From contig OZ244720.1 of assembly GCA_965219085.1 (NCBI GenBank), positions 544,001 to 608,000 on the forward strand: a DNA stretch of 64,000 bases, written 5' to 3'. Within the stretch, counting starts at the first letter, position 1. Each line of letters starts with the position of its first letter. The notes below the pieces were generated by a model. It saw only the letters and a list, made by a program, of their open reading frames with translations. It was not told the origin of the DNA and made no database searches. Shown here one piece after another: positions 58,501 to 64,000 of the stretch. Position numbers and translations under genes: made by a program. The DNA is from Dehalococcoidia bacterium. Its GTDB lineage: Bacteria > Chloroflexota > Dehalococcoidia > UBA2979.

Positions 58501-60673
58501 GCCGGGAACCCTCATCGAGGTGCTGTCCAACGACAGCGACCCCGAGGGCGACGCCCTGACCGCCACGGTGAGCACGCAGCCTGCCAACGGCGTCGCCGAG
58601 GTCGATGCCGCCAGCAACGAGATCACGTACACGCCCAAGGCCGACTACCACGGCGCGGACAGCTTCAGCTACGCCGTCTCCGACGGGAGCCTCTCCGCCG
58701 AGGCCACCGTCGCGGTGACCATCGACCCGCTCAACGACGACCCCGAGTTCGCGGGGGCCACGGCCGGGCGCTCGGTCTCCGAGAGCGCGCAGGAAGGGGA
58801 CGACGTCGGCGCGCCGGTCACCGCCAGCGACGTGGACGGCGACGAGCTCACCTACCGGCTGACCGGCGCCGCTGCCTCGGACTTCGAGATCGAAGAGCAC
58901 ACTGCCCAGGTCACCGTGCGCGACGGGGTCGTGCTGGACGCCGCGAACCGGCCCGCCTACGCGGGCACGGTGATCGCAGAGGACGGGAACGGCGGGACGG
59001 CGAGCATCGAGGTCACCATCACCGTGTCCAGCGCCGGCCCCACCGGCCCCGGCCCCGGCGGCGGGGGCGGCGGAGGCGGTGGTGGTGGTGGCCCGTCGGG
59101 GCCCTCGCCGAGCGAGCTGGACTTCGAGTGGAACGTGAAGCGCGACCTCGAAGCGCTGGACGGCGGCCACGACACGCCTACCGGCTCCTGGTCCGACGGC
59201 ACGGTCCTCTGGATCGCCGAGAACGGCCCGGGCGCCGGCGACGCCGTCTACGCCTACGACCTCCAGACCGGCGAACGGGTGGAGGAGCGCGAGTTCGAAC
59301 TCGACGAGCGCAACCGCGCACCGCGCGGCGTCTGGTCCGGCGGCACGGTCATCTGGGTCTCCGACAGCGGCCAGGACCGCCTCTTCGCCTACGACCTCGA
59401 GACGGGCGAGCGGCTGCCGGAGCGCGACCTCGAGCTCGACGGGGACAACGGCGCCGCCCGCGGCATCTGGTCGGATGGCGAGAGGATGTGGGTGCTCGAC
59501 GGCGGCAAGGACAGCCTCTTCGCCTACGACCTCGGGAGCGGCGCGCTGGTGGCCGAGTACGCCCTCGACGACGCCAACGGCGACCCTCACGGGATCTGGT
59601 CGGACGGGGTGACGATCTGGGTCTCGGACCACGGCGCGAAGCGGCTCTTCGCCTACCGCCTCGAGGATGGGGAGCTCGTACGCATCCGCGAGGAGGAGTT
59701 CACGGAGCTGAGCAAGGCCTCCAACAACAGCCCGCGCGGCATCTGGTCGGACGGCGAGGTGATCTACGTGGCCGACGAGAGCGACGACAAGGTCTACAGC
59801 TACAACATGCCCGACGCGATCGACGCCCGGCTGGCCGCGCTGACCCTGAGCGGCATCGAGATCGGGGAGTTCACGGGGGACCGCACGGAGTACGAGGGCG
59901 TCGCCGCCGAGGGCGTGACGGAGACGACCGTCGAGGCCGCTACGGTGCAGCGCCGCACGACCGTCCTCATCGAGCCGGCCGACGCCGACGGCGACGACAC
60001 GAACGGCCACCAGCTGGCGCTGGAGGGCATCGACGCGATCACCGTCACCGTGACCTCGGCGGACGGCAGCCGCACGCGCGTCTACCGCGTGCGGCTGGAA
60101 GGCGGCGCGGCGCAGGAAGCGCCCTGGACGCACTGCTTGCGCGGCGACGTCGCTGAGGGCTTCAGCCTCGTCGTCTATGAGGGCGGCGGTGTCGAGGACC
60201 TGGTCACCTGTGCGGAGAGCCGTGATGTCGTGGCCCTCTACGCGCTGCACGGCGGCGTCTACGTCTCGTACATCCTCGGAGCGCCGGGATTCGTGAACCA
60301 ACCGTTCGTCGAGCTGTTCGCCGATGGCGTCCCCCCGGTCACGCCGCTGGTCGCTGGGAGCAGCGGACCGCCATCAGCGGACCCGAACCAAGGCGACGGC
60401 GCCCTGTTGCCGTGGCCGGAGTGCCTGCGCGGCGAGATCGCCGCGGGCTTCAGCCTCGTCATCTACGAGGGCGGTAGCGTCGATGATCTCGTGGCCTGCG
60501 CGGCGAGCTTGCGCGTCACGGCCCTCTACGCGCTCCACGACGACCAGTGGGTCTCCTACATCCTCGGAGCGCCCGAGTTCGTGAACCGCAAGTTCCGTGA
60601 GCTGTTCACCGACGGCCTTCCCCCGCTCACGCCGCTGACCGCCAGGAGCGCGGGGCCTCCCGCAGCCAACTGA
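52541..60673 (+). CDS. Giant secreted kexin-like S8 protease 2 with Spondin_N-like domain and cadherin repeats
   Basis: TTG 52541 opens the signal peptide; intact triad (VVDNG, HGTNVAG, GGTSAAVP); spondin motifs HFSRLIGAVH, MVAPSPDWFVG, PWDAGTE (~55770-56340). Confidence 0.9.
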   Translation: MRSLALVTACVLLGVMAAPGLTRAQTPPPVAAPTIDSVTPGERSLIVHWTPPAGVDAADITAYDVRSIESDAPDKAAGHWTIVAGAWSAGDLRYLLKSLTNDTQYDVQVRAVTMDGEGAWSTTVTGTPADHSGEIGGATALALNSKATGAIDAAGDQDVFRIVLTSAAALWIVSSGNTDLVGYLLDANGVVIARNDDSSLLHSRSNFAIWHEVEAGTYYIRVGGYRSETGSYSFRPRTLTPPGGSIADAADISLRQTPARLDSATDEHYFALTIDADKYVSIEAVVSHALFSPDEPASLAAEVFDQDGNPVDIYQIPHSAYIEDGRSFISFTISGKLSAGTNYLKISSPSGKPGPYLLTISDDTAYSRFINGCIARETSVGDPLSGCQWHLRNSGQYSGGAEQDINVEAAWTTTKGAGVNVAVVDNGMHFEHEDLTDNADPARNRNYSARADIFNPFEAHGTNVAGLIAARDNDIGMRGVAPRATIYGYNLIADFTEANTADAMFRIGEGSTTGDEDTAVSSNSWGPSAFFAPAPAPAVWELAVQNGVTSGNHGKGVFYVFSVGNEGIQDDANFNGYANYYAVTAVCAVNHNDVRSYYSEVGANLWVCAPSHDPYLPRIATTQNGHRYMDKFGGTSAAVPIVSGVAALLRSANPSLTWRDLKLILAASARKNDADNTGWQEGALKYGSTTDDDRYSFNHEYGFGMVDAGAAVALAGGWSNVPDLREISAEAADKDLEIPDAPSSENPITVSSSVTVDPYVGFVEFVEINTTFDHGDFRDLEIELVSPSGAVSTLAAAYPYLRREVISAVRFGSAPHLGENAAGEWTLRITDKYPGGRGKLVGWSLTAYGHGYSPGRPDIAVVAADLGELTVDWSAPGDIGGSAVSAYDLRSIESDAADKSDDNWTVEAGIGTVGDLQYTVSGLDAGSAYDVQVRAVNAAGAGPWSATRVGATVATDDASLSALALSEGRLAPAFAGGVTSYTASVGYTVTQITVAATVNDAGAAVAFLDGNGNALADADGNATGQQVNLSVGDNAINAQVTARDGVTTQTYTLTVTRTQEDTSLTPPASDPVVAVASSAVYTITFQGKWTSAVTPEGLPGNAHFSRLIGAVHNAAVTFLESGRTASAGVESMAENGLTSALWSEITNAGPNATAVLEGTTNSIDPTLSRTLSGVTLSTEHPRVTLTTMVAPSPDWFVGVSGLPLLDGMGRWLRSHTLSLYPWDAGTEDGTGFSLSNLPTNPQGVITSIRGTGRFSTAPIATLTFTRQSVSPSFPAGESGARSIPENTAAGQNVGAPVAATDSDGETLSYTLGGTDAASFDIVATSGQLRTQAALDYETKSGYAVTVTVTDPSGLSAAVDVTISVTNVNDPPLVTGDTEVSYAENDTSDVTTYGATDPDDDTITWSLLGTDGGDFGISDIGVLRFATTPDFETPVDANRDNVYEVTVRADDGADPVTLGLTVTVTNDGQPPEFPSATDTQGVAENSPTSTVVATVTATDPDGEALTYTLGGADAASFDIANSAVGQLRAQAALDYEAQSSYQVVVTATDPYGLSDSITLTISVSDVNEAPAFPAGESGARSIPENTGAGQNIGAPVAAADDDNDALTYTLGGTDAASFRIGASSGQLRTDAALDRETKSAYTVSVRVRDSRDASGNPDTATDDTITVTIAITDVNEPPVIDGPASVNFAEGGTGTVATYTATDPEGAIIWEPLAGPDRDHFTFSGGVLGFVAPPDFESPVDNGGNNEYSVRVRASDGANPATLDVTVTVVNEEEPGTLGLSSQQPLVGTTLGATLTDPDRVLSESWSWRRSLNRSTWSEITGATSASYTPLAADDLNHYLQVTVEYTDGHGSGKRLTQATDDVVEEPPPVNNPPAFADPSTSRSVAENSAEGTPVGAPVTATDADGHRLGYTLTGGDTDIFTVDSGSGQIRVARGAALDHEAGISYSVTVTASDPLTASDSISVSISIDDVNERPQAVDDALTIDEDAPGTLIEVLSNDSDPEGDALTATVSTQPANGVAEVDAASNEITYTPKADYHGADSFSYAVSDGSLSAEATVAVTIDPLNDDPEFAGATAGRSVSESAQEGDDVGAPVTASDVDGDELTYRLTGAAASDFEIEEHTAQVTVRDGVVLDAANRPAYAGTVIAEDGNGGTASIEVTITVSSAGPTGPGPGGGGGGGGGGGGPSGPSPSELDFEWNVKRDLEALDGGHDTPTGSWSDGTVLWIAENGPGAGDAVYAYDLQTGERVEEREFELDERNRAPRGVWSGGTVIWVSDSGQDRLFAYDLETGERLPERDLELDGDNGAARGIWSDGERMWVLDGGKDSLFAYDLGSGALVAEYALDDANGDPHGIWSDGVTIWVSDHGAKRLFAYRLEDGELVRIREEEFTELSKASNNSPRGIWSDGEVIYVADESDDKVYSYNMPDAIDARLAALTLSGIEIGEFTGDRTEYEGVAAEGVTETTVEAATVQRRTTVLIEPADADGDDTNGHQLALEGIDAITVTVTSADGSRTRVYRVRLEGGAAQEAPWTHCLRGDVAEGFSLVVYEGGGVEDLVTCAESRDVVALYALHGGVYVSYILGAPGFVNQPFVELFADGVPPVTPLVAGSSGPPSADPNQGDGALLPWPECLRGEIAAGFSLVIYEGGSVDDLVACAASLRVTALYALHDDQWVSYILGAPEFVNRKFRELFTDGLPPLTPLTARSAGPPAAN
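59087..60094 (+). repeat. ~1-kb near-identical block shared by the two protease genes, copy 2
   Basis: See 49368-50375. Confidence 0.88.
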
Positions 60674-60759
60674 TCTCCCCGCGCAACCTGCGTCTGCTGG
60701 GCGAGACGTGCGTTTGGGCCGTCGGGTTCGCCGGGCTCCGGGCCACGGGCTCGCGCTCC

Positions 60760-61240
60760 AGCTCGAGGGGCTCCTCGACCGTCGCGGGCGGGAAGAAGCG
60801 CTGCCGCGGACGGGCGCCCAGCTCCGCCAGTCGGTGCGGGCGGGCGTCGGCCAGGCCCCGCGCACGGAGTTCAGCCAGGCGTCCGCGCAGGGTGGAGGCG
60901 GAATCCCGCTGAAGCGAGAGAGCTCGCCAACGCTGGCGAACGGCGTCTCGCAGAGCAGCAGCAGCGCATCCCGCAGGCGGCCCGGCAGGAACGGGCCGGG
61001 GCGGTGCAGTCCGAGCGGAGGAGCGTCGGCGACGAGTGCGCGCGTCGCCGACGCGAGCGCCTCCGCGGTGGCGCCGGCCCGGCCGATGATGGCGCGGGGC
61101 AGGGGCACGGCCCGTCTGACCGCGGTCGAGGAAGCGCCAGAGCGTATGGCGCGAGACGCCGAAGGCCTTGGCAGTGCGCCCGCGGCCGTGCTTCCACGCG
61201 TAGGCGCGGAGATAGCTCCTGATCGGCCGATCAGTCGCTG
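60760..61240 (-). pseudogene. Frameshifted HTH/winged-helix gene remnant (possibly replication-relaxation family)
   Basis: Pieces in alternating frames: TAKAFGVSRHTLWRFL; LRDALLLLCETPFASVGELSRF; STLRGRLAELRARGLAD...RQRFFP. Confidence 0.45.
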
Positions 61241-61532
61241 TCGGGTGGGGCGCTCGCTGCCAATGGCCGTCCCCGCCGCGAGCGACGGGCCCTAGCCCGC
61301 CTCGGAGCGCGACGCCGCAGACCCCGCTGCCACTGAGCACGGCCGAGTTCGCTCCGCCTTTCGCGCACAACGCTCTTGCCCGCCAAGCGGCGTGCGAGCT
61401 GCACTCCGTAGCCCGCCACCGCCTCGCTGGGCCCGGCTCCCGCCGACGGGGCTATCCGACGGAGTGCCCGGGGCTCGCCGCGATCTCCTTGACAAAGGAG
61501 CGGATGCAGGCCCGGCACCCGGTCAACTCGCT

Positions 61533-61728
61533 GGTCACGATATGTTCACAGAGAACAGTCACAAGTTCACGCGCCGTGCACTGACACCAAGCCAACGAGC
61601 AGGAAGAATTGCCCCGTTGAACCTGGGAGAGCGCAACACGCTCGCGCAAGGAGGCATTGGTGCGTTCGACGGTAGCGAAGCCGAACGGGAACGCTCGGCA
61701 GGCAGGCGCAACGGCGCTCAACGAGCGC
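61533..61728 (+). promoter_or_regulatory. Conserved leader, copy 3
   Basis: See 41544-41740. Confidence 0.8.
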
Positions 61729-61802
61729 GCGCGTGGGTGCCCGCCCCGCGGGCTGCCAGAACGAACGTACTCCTCCCCTCTTGCGCCGGGTTAGCCACAA
61801 CG

Positions 61803-64000
61803 ATGGCGCGCACCCGTAAGCACCAGCTTCCCGTCCTGCTCGCCGCCCTCGCCCTGTGCGGCCTCGTGCTGGCCCTGTCCCCGTCTGGCGCGCCGCGGGT
61901 CGGCGCGCAGCAAGACTCCGTCCCCGCGCGGCCGACCGGCCTGACGGTCACCGCGGTCACGCACGACTCGGTCAGCCTCGGCTGGCACGATCCCGGGGAC
62001 GCGGGCATCACGCACTACCAGGTGCTGCGGCGCGACCGCGACCGGGACGCGCTGGGCGCGTTCACCACGATCGAGGAGAGCACCGGCTCGCCGGCGACGA
62101 GCTACACGGACACGACGGTGGCGCCGGACCGGCGCTACGCCTACCGCGTCCAGGCGGTCAACCGGCACGGCGTCAGCCAGCGGTCGAGCTTCGCCGCGTC
62201 AGACACGCCAGCGGCGCCCGCGCCCTACCTGGAGGCGGACCCGCTGACGGCGGGGTGGGAGGAAGACCCAGGAGGCCACAACGGAGTCGATGCCTTCACC
62301 TTCCGCATTGCCTTCAGCGAGGATATTTCCCTGAGCGCCGAGACCTTCCGGGAACACTCCCTGGAAGTGATCAAGGGGTCGGTGAACGCCGGCGGGGCCA
62401 GCCCCGAGTCCAACACGGTCGAAGTAACAACAGAGTCGCCGGTGGACATCTGCGACCGCACCACACAGGTCCGGGACGGCCTACTGGGCGTCGGCGAGGT
62501 CACGACCACCGACTGCGCGCTCGTCGACGCGGACGAGCTGGCGACGGTCGCGACCCTGGACCTGACAGCTGAGAGGATCTTCTCGTTGGATGCCGGTGAC
62601 TTCGCCGGTCTGAGCGGCCTGACGAACCTGGTACTGGAGGTCAATCGGCTGGAAGCGCTGCCCGCGGGCGTGTTCGACCCGCTGACCAACCTGACCTGGC
62701 TGGACCTCTGCATCAACTATCTGCGGTCGCTGCCCGTGGGCGTGTTCGACCAGCTGACCAAGCTGACGAATTTGGATCTGTACTTCATCATGAATCTGAC
62801 CACCCTGCCGGCGGGTGTGTTCGACAAGCTGACCAACCTGGAGACGCTGGACCTGTACAGCAATCCTGATCTGAGCTCCCTGCCGGACGGCGTGTTCGAC
62901 AAGCTGACCAAGCTCACGACCCTGAACCTGAGCCGCAACCCTCAACTCTCCTCCCTGCCGGACGGCGTGTTCGACAAGCTGACCAAGCTCACGACCCTGA
63001 ACCTGAGGCAAAACTACCGACTCTCCCCTCTGCCGGCGGGCCTGTTCGACCAGCTGACCAGCTTGGAGACGCTGGACCTGAGGAGCAACCCCGAACGACT
63101 CCTCTACTCGCCCTACCTGTTGGCCCCCCTGACGAGTCTGGACACGCTGAACGATAAGACGTACACCCGCCCGTCCGCCCCCGCCGCCCCCACCGAGCTG
63201 ACGGGCGCCTACGCGTCGGGACAGATCGAACTCAGCTGGACGGCCCCGAGCGGCGGCGGCAAAGCCACCAGCTACCAGATCCTGCGCCAGGTGGGCAGCG
63301 GCCCCGAGGAGGTGTACGTCGAGGACACCTACAACACGAACAGGGCTGCGATAACCTACGCCGACACCGAGGTCGTCCTCGGGGAGACGTACCGCTACCG
63401 GGTGCGGGCGCTGAACGCCGGCGGGGCCGGCGCCGAGTCCGGCACGGCCGAAGTCACAGCGCGGGACAACCAACCGCCGGACGTCACCCTCAACTCCCCG
63501 CCAGGGCCAGTGCGCGGAGGCCAGACGCTGACGCTGACCGCCACCGCGTCCGATCCCGAGGGCGACATGCTCACCTACGCCTGGAGCAGCGATCCACCGT
63601 TGGGGAGCTTCAGCAACGCCGCCACCCTGAGCACGACCTGGACTGCGCCGACGGCCACCTCTCAGGGACAGCGGACCGACCTGACGCTCACGGTCACCGA
63701 CGACGGCGACCCCGTGGCCATGACGACGGTCAGCCGCAACGTCCTGGTGAAGAGGAACGGCGCGCCGGAGGTCAGCGTTTCGCCGACCGACATCACTGTC
63801 CGCGGTGGGGAAACGGTGACGCTGGACGGCACGGCGACCGACCCCGAGGACGACGCCCTGATCTACGTCTGGGTCAGCTCCCCCGCCACAGGCGCCTTCG
63901 CCAACTCCGCGGCCCTGGACACGACTTGGACCGCACCGGCGGCCACCGACGCCGAGCAGTTCATCGACCTCGTTCTGCTAGCCACCGAGGACAGAGCCGG
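61803..64000 (+). CDS. Secreted FN3 + leucine-rich-repeat + PKD-like protein (runs off the window end)
   Basis: Not in the ORF track (no stop in window). Manual translation from ATG 61803: signal peptide, FN3 homologous to the 41935 gene, ICDRT cap, LPxGVFDxLTxL repeats, FN3, SDPEGDxLTYxW modules. Confidence 0.9.
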   Translation, partial: MARTRKHQLPVLLAALALCGLVLALSPSGAPRVGAQQDSVPARPTGLTVTAVTHDSVSLGWHDPGDAGITHYQVLRRDRDRDALGAFTTIEESTGSPATSYTDTTVAPDRRYAYRVQAVNRHGVSQRSSFAASDTPAAPAPYLEADPLTAGWEEDPGGHNGVDAFTFRIAFSEDISLSAETFREHSLEVIKGSVNAGGASPESNTVEVTTESPVDICDRTTQVRDGLLGVGEVTTTDCALVDADELATVATLDLTAERIFSLDAGDFAGLSGLTNLVLEVNRLEALPAGVFDPLTNLTWLDLCINYLRSLPVGVFDQLTKLTNLDLYFIMNLTTLPAGVFDKLTNLETLDLYSNPDLSSLPDGVFDKLTKLTTLNLSRNPQLSSLPDGVFDKLTKLTTLNLRQNYRLSPLPAGLFDQLTSLETLDLRSNPERLLYSPYLLAPLTSLDTLNDKTYTRPSAPAAPTELTGAYASGQIELSWTAPSGGGKATSYQILRQVGSGPEEVYVEDTYNTNRAAITYADTEVVLGETYRYRVRALNAGGAGAESGTAEVTARDNQPPDVTLNSPPGPVRGGQTLTLTATASDPEGDMLTYAWSSDPPLGSFSNAATLSTTWTAPTATSQGQRTDLTLTVTDDGDPVAMTTVSRNVLVKRNGAPEVSVSPTDITVRGGETVTLDGTATDPEDDALIYVWVSSPATGAFANSAALDTTWTAPAATDAEQFIDLVLLATEDRA
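62876..63007 (+). repeat. Exact 57-bp direct repeat with 75-bp period within the LRR array
   Basis: 62876-62932 is identical to 62951-63007. Confidence 0.9.

Noticed and set aside
59040-59110. G-rich GGC/GGT tract as a contingency locus or G-quadruplex switch
   Set aside because: Encodes an in-frame Gly/Pro linker; triplet changes would not shift the frame.
61489-61494. Perfect TTGACA hexamer
   Set aside because: No -10 element at 16-18 bp, and not present in the other leader copies.
44319-64000. Diversity-generating retroelement as the source of variation
   Set aside because: No reverse transcriptase in the window and no template/variable pair with adenine-only differences seen.

Overview
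High-GC bacterial window. Gene content (recA-recX-rny-ymdB, F420-dependent enzymes, PAC2, GAAC-N4-GTTC SOS boxes, giant FN3/cadherin/LRR proteins) suggests a Chloroflexota (Dehalococcoidia-like), possibly animal- or sponge-associated organism; this is inference. There are three zones. (1) 1-20.7 kb is housekeeping: ymdB, rny, recX, recA, a PI-PLC-like membrane protein, an LLM oxidoreductase, a branched-chain amino-acid-type ABC transporter, an AbrB/VapC TA pair, recQ, an A-type Fe-S carrier, DedA, MFS, PAC2 and a Ddn-like enzyme. (2) ~20.8-40.3 kb is a defence island with more A/T-ending codons: fused ABC-ATPase-TOPRIM (PARIS-like), a 1236-aa PD-(D/E)xK protein, a SNF2/DUF1156/DUF499 restriction-like operon with an apparently internally deleted DUF499, an NDT/TIR-like-ATPase fusion, an intact IS481 with 8-bp target duplication, and gene remnants, ending at a truncated ispH. 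(3) ~41.5-64 kb is an array of secreted modular proteins built as repeated cassettes: a conserved ~190-bp non-coding leader (3 copies), an FN3-headed gene, and giant propeptide-less kexin-like S8 proteases coupled to an upstream propeptide/chaperone-like domain. These carry swapped modules (spondin, VLR-like LRR, cadherin) and are separated by scraps of unrelated genes. No tRNA, rRNA or CRISPR array was recognised. Family assignments come from motif recognition only; no database searches were run.
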